Positions 41,096-55,276 of a stretch of 64,000 bases of DNA are shown here, piece after piece. This DNA is from the human T2T-CHM13v2.0 reference genome, Homo sapiens. How positions within the stretch are numbered: the stretch's first letter is position 1; each line of letters opens with the position of its first letter. Below the pieces are notes generated by a model. It made no database searches, was not told where the DNA came from, and worked only from the letters and a program-made list of their open reading frames with translations. The position numbers and the translations under genes are program-made. The DNA lies in the NCBI RefSeq assembly GCF_009914755.1, contig NC_060936.1, one strand, 5' to 3'.

Positions 41096-41429
41096 CCTCA
41101 CCAGCTCACCCCCAGGTATTTTCTTTCAGTGTCCTAATCTGGTGAATGGTTCAGCAAGCAGCATCCACATCACCTATTAATCAAGCCATCTCTGGATCCT
41201 CCCTGTCCTTCACTCACTCCTTCCCCAAGTCCTGGCCTGTATACCCCTCTTTGACCCTCGAAAATCTCTCCTATGATACTGGACACACAGCAGGTACTCA
41301 ATAAATGGCAATATTCATTTTGCTGCCCCTATAATCCTGCAGCTCTAGAACCAAATTAGCAAACTAGAAAATTTCCTTTGAGAAACTCAACTTTCTAGGC
41401 TCCAGTCATTATTTCAGAACCGACTACTG

Positions 41430-41670
41430 GTTAAATGAGCAGCTATTGGAATCATAAAACCTGGATTCAAATCTCTGCCCTGCTGTGCCTTAGTTATTAT
41501 GGCCCTGGGCAGCCTGATAAGACACTCTGAACCCCAGTTTTCTCATCTATAAAAGGGAAATAATTATACTCCATACTTCCTAGGGTAGCTGTGATGGTGA
41601 AGTATGATGAGGCATCCAAGTACTTAGCACAGTGTCTGGTACATGGGAAGGGATGAGCAAATGCCTGCTA
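41430..41670 (+). mobile_element. MIR
   Basis: acctggattcaaatc...ctctgaaccccagttttctcatctataaaagg...cttagcacagtgtctgg. Confidence 0.8.
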
Positions 41671-42344
41671 CACTTGCTACCATTTCCCAAATGGTAAAAC
41701 CCATTGTCAATGAGCTTCATCTTCCACTGCCCCACCAAATCACACTCACCTCAGGAACTTTTCTTCCATCCTGATTTCAATGGATGTTTCCCCCGCCCAA
41801 CCCCATCCTCAGGACACAGGGCACTCTAGGAAGATTTAGAGAGCCACTGGCTTCCCCTTGCGAAGTGGAGATCATACCCCAGTCCTCACGAGTCCTGGGG
41901 CCAGGCTGAAGCCGCAGGAATTGGGTCTGACTTCTAGTGGTTTAGATGGAAATCAGGCAAGAGACTTCTCAGCAGCTTCTTTTATATTTATTTCTGGTCA
42001 GATCAAAGGTCCTGTCGGCAATCTGTCTTGACATCTTAATTCCTGTTTTTCTTAACTAATTTTTTTTCCCTGGATGGTGTTCACTCCAAATAAGCTACTG
42101 AAAGGCCCTCTGGGGGTAAGAGAGAGAGAGAGAGACTGAGTGGGAGGAATTTAGTTATGTCTTGCTATAAATAAGTGTATAGAATTATACAGATCTTGAT
42201 GGCCGGAGATCAGTCACTTATTTCCACAGTAGGAAAAAGACAAGCTTGGGGTTATTTCCGGATTCCTAGTGGTGTTCAAACTCACAAGGACACCCAGTAA
42301 AGACTGGCTTGATAAAATTCTAACAGGGATCATTTATTGAAAGG

Positions 42345-42575
42345 GCGTATTAACTGTAATTAAGGACATGAAATTTGGAGTCTGCCATCCTGTAAATACC
42401 AGGTTGACCACTTACTAACTGTGTAACCTTGGAAAAGTGACCACACTGCTCTGCCTCAGTTTCCACATCTGTAAAATGGGGACAATAATAACCTCATGGA
42501 CTTGTTAGGAAGATTAAATGAGTTGATAAATGTGAAGTGCTTAGAGCAGTGCCTGGCACACAGTCAGCAAATATG
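42345..42575 (+). mobile_element. MIR
   Basis: ccacttactaactgtgtaaccttgg...gcctcagtttccacatctgtaaaatgggg...agtgcctggcacacag. Confidence 0.9.
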
Positions 42576-43759
42576 AGTTTATTAATATCTATTTAACAGG
42601 TATTGGGCATAGATTATTGTGTGTTCGATCCATACAACAGTCTTTCATGACAATGTTGCCATCTATAGACCTAATCCACTCATAAATCATTTTGCAAGAG
42701 AGGAACTAGAGAAGCAGAGAGACTTGAGTAATTTGGCTACAGGTACTAAGTAGCAGAATCGGAGTTCATAACCAGGTCTGCCTGATCGCCAGAAGAAGCT
42801 CTTCACACTCTGCCTCACCTGGTTAAGCAGGACCAGCTATGTCAGCAAGATAACCAGCAGGATGCCATCTCTTTACTGAGGGCAGATGGAGCAAGGCTCA
42901 CCTTGCCTGCTTAACTTTGAAGGGGGTTACCCCAAGCACGCAAATGAGTTGCTTTAAGCAACTCACGGCCAAAGAAATGAATCACTCCTTGCCCGTCATC
43001 TCTAGCTCCCCGATGATGTTTGCAGGCAAGCTTCGGGCCTGTGTAAACGTGAAGTAGGTCAGGCCACAAGCCAAGTCTGCAAGTAGCACAAGGAGTGACT
43101 GATTGCACAGTCAGTGAAAGTTTTGGACAATTTACCAGTTCAGGAAAACTACACCTACAACAAACTGGTTGCACCACCTTGTTTAGAATGAGCATCCACT
43201 GCCTCTACCACTCACGGAAGTGCTGGAGTTGACATCTAGGAAAACATCAAGGCTCCTGGGGACTTAGGGAGAGGGCACGCTGGTATATTTACATGTTCCT
43301 TGATAAAAATACAGCCCAAAAGACATGTTTACCACTGAACTTCAAAACCATTCCGAAGATACCAGTCACTCTTCTACTACAGTCAAAGTAGACCTTTGAA
43401 GACTTCTCAGAGAATTTAAAATCTTGAAGGGCCTCAGTGTTCTCTCTGGGGATGTCAAAGATATTTGTCAGAACTGGACAGGGCAATGATGAAGCAGCCT
43501 GGGATGCCTTCCTATACCCAGCAAAAAAAAAAAAAAAAAAAAAAAAGGCTTTGTTTTTTTTTCTTTCTTTTCTTTCCCTAATTTCTTATATGAGCATATT
43601 CCCCGTGATTCATTTTTTCCCTCTTAAGAGGTTTCTTTGGCCACCTGTGTTCCTGTGGAAATAGCAGCAATGCACACTTATTGAGCAAGCCCTATAGCTA
43701 AAAAAAAGTGTGAATCCCTTTGTATGATGTGTCATCCCCTTTACATTCACAACATTCCA

Positions 43760-44045
43760 GGCCAGGTGAGGTGTCTCACACCCGTAATTCCAGCCCTTTG
43801 GGAGGCCAAGGTGGGAGGATCACTTGAGGCCAGGAGTTTTGAGGCCACTCTAGGCAACAAATCAAGATGTTATCTCTACAAAAAGTACAAAAATTAGCCA
43901 GGCACGGTGTCATGTGTCTGTAGTCCCAGCTACGCAGGAAGATCGCTTGAGTACAGAAAGTCAAGACTGTAGTGAGCTATGATCCCATCACTGCACTCCA
44001 GCCTGGGCGACAGAGTCAGATCCTATCTCTTTAAAAAAAGAAAAA
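43760..44045 (+). mobile_element. AluJ with a small right-arm deletion
   Basis: ggaggatcacttgaggccaggag...gtcaagactgtagtgagctatgatc. Confidence 0.92.
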
Positions 44046-44319
44046 TGAGCAATATACCTGTGAGTTGGTACTAATAGGTAATTGTGCCCATTTTACAAAT
44101 CAAAATGCCAAGGCACTTGCCCAGTGTCAACTCACTGCATGAATGGAGGTGCTAGGTTTGGAATCAACATCTATCTCCAAAGCCCATATTCCTACCCTCT
44201 GCTATCCTGTCTCCTAACACTTTATTCAGATCTGTTTTTAAAAGTGCCTAACACAATATATATGATAATTTTTCCTGTTATGTGTCTGTTTCATTTGGTA
44301 ACAGTAAAGTTAATGCTAA

Positions 44320-44550
44320 CCACCATGTATTAAATAAGCACTTACATATATCAGGTACTGTGCAGGTGAATGTATACGCATTTTCTCTGATCCTGCTGAC
44401 AGTCCTGTGAGTTGGGTGTCAGGTGCTCCATTATACAGATGAGCAAACAAGTTCAGAGAGGTTAAGTGTGTGGCCCCAGGCTAAGGAGCTCGTGAGCGGT
44501 AGAGCCAGTTTCATGAATCAGGTTTGATGGGCCCAAAGCCCATGTGCTTT
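44320..44550 (-). mobile_element. MIR
   Basis: ccattatacagatgagcaaac...cagagaggttaagtg. Confidence 0.75.
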
Positions 44551-44919
44551 GTCCTGTGCCTTAGCAACTCCCACTGGCTGTCAGCTTATCAAGGGCCGGG
44601 CTGGCATTTTATGTTCTTAGTGTCTCTGCAACCCAGCAAAGTGTCTGGCTGTGAACTAGGTGAACTGCAAAAAAAAAAAAAAAAAAAGTAGAATCAAGGG
44701 ACCAAGTCAGTCATCCCAGTGCTCTGCTAAATATAGAGTTTAAAGTACAAGCTGGTGCAAGAACAAAGGAAAAAAAAGATGTTTATTTTTTAATGGATCA
44801 ATTAGAGAAAGTTGAAAATAAGGAGTTATGCTCATCTCTTATATGCAAATGACTGAGTCCTGGATATGTATTGGAGCCCAGCAAATACGTGTTGAATGAA
44901 TACACTCATATAAAGAGAT

Positions 44920-45690
44920 CAACACTCAGATATTTAGTAGGCATCTCAAACTTGCTATTTCCACAACTATACTGATTATCGTCCCTGCATAACCACTCCT
45001 TCTGCCATCTACCCCATTTCCATAATTGCAAACTCTATCCTTCTCATCATCCTCAACTCCTCTTTCTCTCATGCCACGTGAATCCAGCAGCAAGTCCTGC
45101 CTGCTCTACTTTCAGGGTATCGCCCGAAATCTGACCACGTCTCACCTCTCCCAAGGCTACCTCCCTGGTCCAAGCCACCATCACCTCTCACTCGGGATGT
45201 GGCACCAACCTTCTTACTGGTCACTCTGTGGCATCCCGTACTCTCCACTTCACAGCCAGAGGGATCCTGTTACATCCTAAACCAGACCATGTCACTACTC
45301 TATTCAAAATGAGCAGCATGCTCCAACCTCATGACATTTGCACTACAGCCCCGTCTGCTTGGAATTCTCTGCTACAGAAATCTGCAAGGCATACTCCCTC
45401 ATTCCCTTCCTTCAGGCCACCGCTCTGCCATCTGTCACCTCCTCAGTGAGCCTTCTCTGAATACCCTTTATCAAATAGAACCCTCTCCACTACCCCAGCA
45501 CCCAGCCTTCTCTATTTTCCTTCACCTGCTTTCTTTTTCCCCATAGTCATGTTCCATTTGTATCTATGTAACACCTATGATGTACCAGCACATAAACTTC
45601 ACAAGGGCAGAAGTATGTCTGTCCCAGCGAAATCCTAGGCACCCAGAACAATTCTGGCAAGGAGTAAATATTTGCTGAATGAATGAATAG
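44920..45690 (+). mobile_element. L2 (L2a-like) 3' ~770 bp
   Basis: ggcatctcaaactt...ccagcagcaagtcctg...ctggtccaagccaccatca...cacagccagagggatc...aaatatttgctgaatgaatgaa. Confidence 0.9.
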
Positions 45691-45751
45691 TTTCTCTTTG
45701 CTCTGGAACATGTAAGGATTAGTCCAGAAGGGTACACTATTACTGAGATCA

Positions 45752-46037
45752 AAGTTGTTCCATAGAACTTTCCAGAATGATGGAAATGGTCTACATCTGC
45801 TTTATTCATCCAATACAATAGCTACCAGTCGCTATGTGGCTAGGAGCACTTGAAATGTATGTAGGACAACTGAGGAATTAAATTTTTTAAAAATTCATAG
45901 ACCACTTTTTAGAGCAGTTTTAGGTTTACAGAAACACTGAGCAGAAAGTACAGAGAAAAGACAGTATTTTTTATTTTATTTTGTTTTAGTTTATTTAAAT
46001 AGCCATATGTGGCTAGTGGCTACCATATTGGACAGAA
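45752..46037. mobile_element. MER3-like hAT MITE containing a short L1 3'-end insert (~45895-45955)
   Basis: atagaactttccagaatgatggaaatg...gagcacttgaaatgt...atgtggctagtggctaccatattggaca. Confidence 0.8.
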
Positions 46038-46542
46038 GTGACTTAGACTGAGACTAAGAAGGAAGGCTCCTGCCTCCCTCACCGCTGTGTGTGCATCAGT
46101 CCCAGGAGGGAGCCTGTGGAAGGCCTGCCACGTTTTTCCTCCTAAGGACTCACCAGGGCCCCAAAGGCGGAGTCAGCCTTCCAAGCAGAGAAGTTTGCAG
46201 ATCAACCTCTAGGAAAGAAGAAAGCAGACAGTGCAGCACAGAGAATCTTCATTGAAGATGTGCCAGTTGCTAAGGGAGGCCCCTGGCCAACTCACGTACA
46301 TGTACGTCTTCTGATGAATGAGCCTTAGTGGGCCCCGTCTAACTCATCTTCTTCGCACATCCTCACCCCCTTCCACTCCTTTATGCTCTTCCTTTCATCT
46401 CTCCTCATCATCCCTGGGGCCCAAAATTGTTTCCTGTGCTTTACAGCTGGACTAAGGGACACCTTGGGCCCTTCTGCTCAAATCTGGCTTTTGGTTTCCA
46501 TAACAACTAGTAAAGCACACAGCACTAAATACAACAAAGATT

Positions 46543-46573
<31 letters not shown>

Positions 46574-46705
46574 ATATAAATATATATATAAATATAGATA
46601 AAGAGTGCACACATCTATATATATTCACACACATATATACAGCACACACATGAATGAATGCAGACATACACACACACACACACACACACGTATATTCACT
46701 CACAT
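46543..46705. repeat. (CT)n(TA)n...(CA)n compound microsatellite
   Basis: Read directly. Confidence 0.95.
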
Positions 46706-47400
46706 ATTTAAGGGTAAAGTGCAAGAAGGGTAGGAGGACTGAAGTCCAAAAAAGAAAGTAAATAAACCTTGACAACAAATAGAGACCATTCTAGGGAAGA
46801 GCAAAGGGACATGGAGCTGCCTATAATTAGCAGCCGCCACATCCCAAAACAAAATCAGACGTTCAGGCCTTGCAGCTTTGTTGCCATAGAAATGGGGCCC
46901 AAGATCCATCAGGCTGTCTTCCTAAAGCGATTCCGTCCCTGACCATGCCCACATCAAAGGGAGCCTCCCCAAGTTTCTTTGTGTTGTAGATGATACCCAG
47001 GACCCTACCATGTCTCCAAAGGGGGCAGGCAAGGAAAAGAAAAGACCTAGTAGAAAAAAATTCAGAAGTGTCTCAATCCAGACATGCTGGCTTCTCATGA
47101 GATACAGCAGGAGAAGGATTTAGCCAAGTAGCATCTTGGGGACTTTCTATCCTGTGGATGTGTTTACTGATTATTGGAGGCTGCCACTGGTCACTTTTTT
47201 TACATTTGTTTTTATTCTTTTTTCCTACACATTACAAACAAGCTTCCAGTCATATTGTCCTTACAGTTTTACTTCCTGTTTTTACCCATTTAATATTAGA
47301 AAGTAAATGTTGCCACATGTTACATATATTTTTGCATAACTGTCTCTATCAGTCAGGGTCCAGGCTACAGACAGATAGCAAACCAGTTATTTTAAGAGAG

Positions 47401-47785
47401 TGATGTGGTTTGGATTTCTCTTCCCGCCCTAATCTCATGTTGAATTGTAATCTCCAATGGTGGGGGTGGGGCTTCGTGGGAGGCGATTGGATCGTGGGAG
47501 TGGATTTCCCCCTTGCTGTTCTCGTGATAGCAAGTGAGTTCTCATGAGATCTGGTTGTTTCCAAGTGTGTAGCACCTCCCTCTTTACTCTCTTTCTCCTA
47601 CTCCAGCCATGTAAGAGATGCTTGCTTCCACTTCACCTTCTGCTATGACTGTAAGTTTCCTGAGGCCTCCCCAGCCGTGTTACCTGTACATCCTGCAGAA
47701 CCATGAGCCAATTAAACCTCTTTTCTTTATAAATTACCCAATCTCAGGTAGTTCTTTACAGCAATGCGAGAACAAACTAATACCA
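47401..47785 (+). mobile_element. MSTA-like solo LTR inserted into an older antisense LTR relic (47345-47400 and 47786 onward)
   Basis: tgatgtggtttgg...gccaattaaacctcttttc...ctaatacca; flanked by agagag on both sides. Confidence 0.92.
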
Positions 47786-48904
47786 AGAGAGAATGTAACA
47801 TAAGGAATTGTTAAGCAGGTAGTAGAGGAGAATCTTATGTATCATGTCAAAATTAATTTTACTATCTCCTGGAGGTGGCTAGCTCATTGACTGTCACCCC
47901 AAACTTTGCTAACTCACCAGTAGCAGGAGAAGGATAAAATTTTCTCTGCAATGTGAATCATCCTGCATGGCTTATTGATCAATCACAGTAAAGCGAAAAG
48001 ACATATAAGGCATAATGAGCTATCACCAAGATAGCCACTTGAGAAGCAACGTCCACACCTATGACCAGAGAACAAAGGAAAGATGTTGGTACCATTAAAC
48101 TTGATTTGTAAGGCTAAAGATAGGCACAGCACAGCAGAGACCCAGACTTCTGAAAATAAGGCACTATCTGGATGGTTTACTGAAATCCTTGAGGAAGCCC
48201 AGTGAGATTAGTTCTGATAGAGTGGAAAACGGCAAAGTAGATTTGGAAGCTGCTACTGAAATTAATCTTCTGATCAGGAAGAAGCAAGACTCTTCTTTTC
48301 CTCCAGGCTTCTCATTGTTTTTCACAGCCACCTACTGGCACACTTTTCACAGAGAAGTGGGTGCACAGTCTTATCCCCAGGATCACAAAGCCAAGCATAG
48401 AAGGATGGGATTGAAAACGAGAGGCAATAGCTCATCATTAAGTGGATGTTACACACTTTAACCAGTCCCCCATGTTGAACATTTAGGTTGTCTCTAACTC
48501 TTTGGTGTTATAAGTTGGGTTTCAGTAGGGGATCTTCTGCATCAACAAAATATTATTTCCTCGTAACGTATTCCCCAAAGTAGATTTAATTTGCTAAACA
48601 TTATGGGCATTTTTAAGGTTCTTGATACCTATGACAAAAACGTTTCCCTTAAAACTATCAACTTCAGTTCTATCCATCACTAAGCATTCTGAATCTAAAT
48701 CCATTATTGTGAAATTACTTTAATTTATTGATGCAATCCTTTCAGGTCCCCAAAACTTAACTGCCTTTCTCTGCTTATCATCAGCTCACAGTAAACATTT
48801 CTCATCTCTGAATCTGCATAATATGGTCACTCTTATTCATTTGCCACTCACTTCATTCTCTGTGATTCTACTTTTCTTATTTCTCTAACTAGTCAGCCAA
48901 GCAT

Positions 48905-49140
48905 ACTGTTGTTAACAGAGAGGACTCTGAGGCAGACTACCGATTTCCATACTAGATTTCAATGTGTACTGGCTGTGTGACTGCAGGCAAGCAACTGATT
49001 CTCTCTAAGCCCCACTTTCTTGTCAGTATAATGAAAAGAAATAGTTCTATGTACTTCAGAGGATTATGAGGCTCAAATATGATAATGCAAGGAATCTGAG
49101 ATATAGCATGATTTCAGTACATGATACCTATTGCTGTTGT
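48905..49140 (+). mobile_element. MIR
   Basis: tactggctgtgtgactgcaggcaag...ctctctaagccccactttc...gaggctcaaatatgataatgc. Confidence 0.7.
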
Positions 49141-49739
49141 AATTTTTGATATTATTCTTATTAGACAGTAAACTCATTGAGGGCAAGAATTATGTCTTAG
49201 AATTCTTTTCTATCTGTTTTCTTAACTTAGCAACCTTTAATTAGATTTTAAGAAACTGACACTCAGACTAAGTTAGCTTAAGCTTCCTTAAGCAATGAGG
49301 TTTTACCATAAAATTGAGGAATCGCAACAAATAAGAGGCAGCATGCAATTCTATGGGACCGTCAGTCCTTCTCTTATGGGTCATGTGTTTGCTCATCTCT
49401 GCTATATCACACTTTGATTTCTCTTCCCTTGACCACCAGGTTACTTTACACACTTGCTCCTTTTTCTGCATGCTATCAGCCATCAGGAGACATTGGGTCC
49501 AACCATGCCTGACCTTACAGACTCTTTGTCCTTAGTCCCATGTCTCTTAATTTAATTCCTGAAAAGAAAAAAAAAAAGATTGACTTGAGTTGTACCTATA
49601 AACTATCACTGGCCCAATCAGATAAGGCCAGGGATCACAGATCACCTGGCACAATTATGACTGCCTCAGTTCACTGCTTCAGGAGAGGTGGGAAAATGCT
49701 CTTCAGGAGTGCTAATTGACATGCCTACTTCCGTTATGC

Positions 49740-52700
49740 CTCATCCAGAACACCGAGGGAGCCAACACAGTTAGATTGCTTGGGAGTAGCTAAAAACAAA
49801 AAGAAGCAGGGCCTCTCAACAATCAGCACACAGATCTCAACAGCTGGCTTGGAGTCCCAGTGGAAGACCTGTCCTTGGCCACTGGCAGCAGGACCACCTG
49901 TCCCTACCCACCAGGGAGAGGACCACCTGCAGATGCCAGCAATAAGCCCACCAACCTGCAGACCCCGGCACCAAGCCCTCCCACCTGTGGGTCCAAGTAC
50001 CAGGCACACTTTCCTGCCTGTGGCCCTCAGCAGACTTGTTCACCCAAAAACCCTGTTGGCGGCAAGTTTACCTGCAGAGGCCAGCAGCAGACCCACACAT
50101 AGACCCAAGCACCAAGTCCATCTGCCCACCCACCTGTGGATCCTGGAAGTGGGCCCCTCTGTGGTCTCCACCAAATAGCTCACTCAGAATCTTTGGCCAG
50201 GCTGACTAATAAAGGGCCTTCCATGCCAGACTGTAAAGACTGAAAGAGGTGACTACTTCTTCAAATGCACAATAACAAACGCAAGGCTACAAGGATTACA
50301 AAGAATTAGGGAACTACAACACTACCATGGAAATAAAATAAGTCTCTAGTAACAAATGCTAAAGAAATGAATATCTAAAGAAATGAGAATGTCAGGTGCC
50401 TGATGAAAAATTCCAAATTGTTGTCCTAAATGAGCTTAGTGAACTGCAAGAGAACACAGATAGACAACTAAATAAAATCAGAAAAGCAATACATAAGCAA
50501 AATGAGAAGTTCAAAAAAGATAAAGAAATAATTAAAAGGAACCAAACAGAAATTCTGGAGCTAAATAATACACTGACTGAACTGAAAAAAATAAATACAG
50601 AACTTCAACTGTAAATGCAATCAAGTATTTGAGTTTAATCAGTGAACTCTAAGAGAAGTCATTTGAAATTATCCAAAGGAACAAAAAGCAAAAGAGTGAA
50701 AAGAGTGAAGAATAGCTATGGGACTTTGGGGACACTATCAAACCAAAAAAGAATATGGATTATTAGAGTCCCAAAAGAAGAAGAGAAAGAGAAGGAAAGT
50801 TTATTTAACTAGATTACGATAAAAAACTTCCTACATCTGGTGAGAGAAATAGGCATCCAGATTCATGAAGCCTAAAGAATTCCATATAGGCTAATCCTAA
50901 AGAGATCTACACAAGACACATTAAAATTAAATTATAAAAAATCAAAGACAGAGAGAGTTTTGAAAACAGCAAGAGGCTCATCATGTACAAGGAAATCTGC
51001 ATGAGACTATCAGTGGATCCCTTAGCAGAAACCTTGCAGACCAAGAGACAGTGGAATGATATATTCAAAGTATTTTTTAAAAAACTGCAAAAAAGAATGC
51101 CATACCAAGATAAACTGTTGTTTAAAAGAGAAGGATTGATAAAGACTTTACCTGACAAACAAAAACTGAGGTTTATCGCTTCTAGACCTGCCATAAAAAA
51201 GTACTAAAAGAAGTTTCTTTAGTTGAAACAAAGGGAAGATTAACAGTAAGATAAAAGCATATGAAAGTATAAATTTCACTGGTAAAGGCAAACCTATAGA
51301 AAATATAGGATAATATAATACTGTAATGATGGTGCCCAAATCAGTTTTTAAATTTTATATCCTCATATAAAATTTAAAGGACAAAATATTAAGAGTAACT
51401 ATAGCTACCAAAAATTGTTAATGGATACACAATAGAAAAATAAGTAAATTATGACACCAATTATACAAAGTTGTAGCAGGGGGACAAAGTGTAGAGTTTT
51501 TATATGCAATTAAGGTTAAGTAGTTATCAGCTTAAAATAGACTGTTACAATTATAAGATGTTTTTTGCAAGCCTCATAGCAACCAAAATGAAAAAAAAAA
51601 CTATTATAGATACAAAAAAGATAAAGAGAAAAGAATCAAAATATGTAGCTACAAAAACAAAATCATGAAAGAATATAGCAAGAGAGGAAGGGAGGAGCAA
51701 AAGACCCACAAAACAAACAGAAAACAACAAATTTGGTAAAGTTCCAGGATACAAAATCAATGTAAAAAACCAATAGTGCTTCCATACACTAACAATAAAC
51801 TATTCAAAAAGAAATTAAGAAAACAATTCCATTTACAATAGTATAAAAATAATACTTAGGAATAAAGTTAACCAAGATGGTAAAAGACTCATACAGTGAG
51901 AACTATAAAACACAGATGAGATGAATTAAAGCCAACACAAAAAAATGGAAAAATATTCCAAATTTACAGATTGAAAGATTTGTTATTGTTAAAGTACCCA
52001 CACTAACCAAAGTTATCTTCAGATTCAATGCCATCTCTATAAAAATTCCAATGGCATTTTCTTTCTATTTTTTTAATCAAAATAGAAAAACAATCCTAAA
52101 ATTTACGGGGAACCACAAAAGATCCCAAATAACCAAAGCAATTTCGAGCAAGAAAAATAAAGCTGGAGACATCACAGTTCCTGATTTCAAAATATGTTAC
52201 AAAACTACATTAATCTAAACAATATGATATTGGCATAAAAATAGATATATAACCAAATGGAATAGAATCAAAAGCCCAGAAATAAACCTATCATGTATGG
52301 TCAACTGATCTTTGACCAGGGTGTCAAAAATACACAATGGGGAAAGAACAGTTTCTTCAAGAAATAGTGCTGGGAAAACGGAATATCTACGTGCAAAAGA
52401 ATAAAACTGGACCACGTTCATACAACATTCACAAAAATAGTCTTGAAATGATTAAAAATGTAGTCGTAAGACCTGAAACTCTAGAGGAAAAGATAGAGGA
52501 ACAGTGTCTTGATATTGGTCTTGGCAATTATTGCTTTAATATGACACTAAAAGGCAACAAAAGCTCAAATACAAGTGGTGCTGTATCAAATGAGAAAGCT
52601 TCTACACAGCAAAGGAAGCAATCAACAAAATTAAAAGAAAGCAATCAACCAAATTACCTCTGGAATGGGAGAAAATATTTAGAAAACATGTTTGATGAAA

Positions 52701-53380
52701 GGCCAATAGCTCAATACCTAAGGAATGCTTACAAACTCTCTCTCCACACACACTCATATATAATATATATACACACATCCATAGAGACAGTGGAATGATA
52801 TATATAATTTTTAAGTGGCAATGGAATTGCATATACATTTTACTAAAGAAGATACACAAATGACCCAGAGATACATGAAAAGATGCTCAACATCTCTAAT
52901 CATCAGGGAAATAAACATCAAAACCACAATGAGCTATCACCTTACACCTGTTACATCTGTTTTGGCTATTAACCAAAACGGAAAAAAAGTACAAGTGTTG
53001 GCACGGATGTGGAGAAAAGAAAGCCCAGGTGTACTGTTGTTGGGAATGTAAATTGGTACAGCCACTATAGAAAACAGAATGGAGGTTCTTTAAGAAACAA
53101 AAAGTAGAACTACCATGTAATTTTTCAGTTGTCTTCTGAGTCTATGTCTAAAAAAATTTAAATCAGAATCTCAAAGAGATATCTACACTTCCATGTTCAT
53201 TGAAGCATTATTTACAATAGCCAAGTCATGGAAGCAACCTCAATGTCCATCTATGAATGAATGGATGAAGAAAATGTTTTATTTTTACAAAATATTTTAT
53301 ATATATTCAAATATATATTAATATTATTTGGCCTTAATAAAGAAGAAAATACTGCTGTTTGCAACAACGTGGAAAAATCT
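49740..53380 (+). mobile_element. Old L1M element: 5' UTR remnant, ORF1 (~50350-51240), spacer, then a junction at ~51728 to distal ORF2
   Basis: ORF1-like translations (ELQENTDRQLNKIRK; RLSVDPLAETLQTKRQWNDIFK) and ORF2 C-terminal remnants (ggtaaagttccaggatacaaaatcaatg; [12 protein letters not shown]). Confidence 0.9.
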
Positions 53381-53598
53381 GGCCCATCTACTTTACAATA
53401 GAATTAACATGTCAGTTGCTTGCTATTGAGTAAAACTGTATATTACCTGCACTACACAGTGTAGGTAATTTACAGGCTATCAAGAAGTAGGGGAAGAAAC
53501 TTTATCTTTTTTGGTCACCATGATACTCCCCATTCCTAGCACAAGATTGAGCACATTGCTGATGAACATACCTATTGGGCAGAAGAATAAATAAACCA

Positions 53599-53685
53599 GT
53601 GAGTGAGTGAGTGAGTGAGTGAGTGAGTGAGTAATGGATGAATGGATGGATGGATGGATGGATGGATGGATGGATGGATGGGTGA
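53599..53685. repeat. (GAGT)n-(GGAT)n, probably derived from an L2 tail
   Basis: Read directly; follows an L2 3' relic at ~53480-53590. Confidence 0.9.
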
Positions 53686-54545
53686 ATCAGTAAGGAACTA
53701 TGAGTATTCCCTTTTGAGCAGCAGTGATTTAAAGTCTAGCCTGCTCACCCTCTCAGTTCTCAGGGTAATTTTTTGTTTTTCCAGAGCTGAGGCAAATAGT
53801 ATCCAAACCAACGAACAGCTGTGATACTCACCAACGACCTCCCTAAATATAGATATCCTTTCAAAGGAAGAACTGAACTGAGGTCTCATAGCACTATAAT
53901 CCTCTGATTTCATAATATGAAAAGAAATAAATGTGGTTTACATATGCTGGGGAAGCCAACAATAAATCACCCGGCAGGGAGAGAGGGTGCTTTTCCTCTT
54001 TCTCCCAAAACCAAGAGGAAGATAATGGAGGAGGAGGGTGAGAAGACAGAGGTAGAGGAACAGAGCAGGGAAAGAAGAGTGAGCAAGGAAGAAGAGAAAG
54101 ATGAAAACCGGGGCCATTTTCTGAGCTTTCTAGACGTCATATGCTATACACATATTATGTCATTTATTTACTCAGCAAATACTTCTTGAGTCAGGCAGCC
54201 TCCTGTGGCACTGGGGACACAGCAGTGAATAAAATGAATATATTTCTGCTTCCATGGAGCTTATATTTTAGTAGGAAAACCTGACTTTGCTCCAGCAAGA
54301 CCTGAACTCAGAAAGCTAGATTTTAAGTGCAGACTGTCAGCCTTCACACATGAGAAAACCAAGGTACAAAAAGTTTAGCAACTCGCTAGGGCAATTATCA
54401 AAGTCTTTACAAATGAGCTATGCGTAAGAAGAGAAAAAAATTGTGTGAATGCATAAATGAAGGAAAAATGCATTCATGTCCCTCCTTTCTAAACAGAATC
54501 TTACCTCCTTCAGGGCAAGGATCAAGCTCACTTTCCTGTATAGAT

Positions 54546-54551
54546 CACACA

Positions 54552-54601
<50 letters not shown>
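54546..54601. repeat. (CA)n
   Basis: Read directly. Confidence 0.95.
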
Positions 54602-54602
<1 letters not shown>

Positions 54603-55276
54603 TCTTGCAAATAATCTATCCCTGTTAAATCGACAATGTGATGGTAGGGAACTTCATATATTCCAAATAAATTCATGTCATTTTGGCTCTGACTTGGCTC
54701 CCCCAGGGAGATGAACAACTTTTCTCTGATCAAGCAATAGTCACACTCTTGATTGTTTGTAGATGAAATAATTAGCATCAGCAAAATGACATGGTGATTT
54801 ACTTTGCACCCAGGCATTCTCCACGTGCTAATGAAATCTTTACACAGTATGTTAATTGGGCTCAGTAGCTAGGCAAATCCTGAAATGTCCTGCCCAAGGG
54901 AGGTGAAAACAACCCCATAGAGAAGATGAGATCAAAAGGCCAACATTCACATGAGCCTTCAAGCTCCCCAGACTGATCCAGTAGTTCTAATTCCCTTAAG
55001 AGACTCAAACCACCAACTTCTTCCTTCATTTCAATAGATGGTCCTGTTTGCCTCTGTATATATCTAATCTGTCATTGAATCCTACCCACTCGACCTCAAA
55101 AATATTCCTTGAAAGTGTCCAATTTTCCATGAATCTACTCTCACTTCCCAGTCTGAGCTACCATGGCATCTTACCCATATGGTCTCCCTACATTTGCCTT
55201 GCCCTTCCCATCCATCCTTCACACTGCAGCCAGATAGGCATATTAGAAAGCAAATTTGATTAAGCTCTGCACTTCC

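Noticed and set aside
50396-53051. L1 ORF1/ORF2 peptides as an active LINE
   Set aside because: Many stops and frameshifts, and most of ORF2 is missing.
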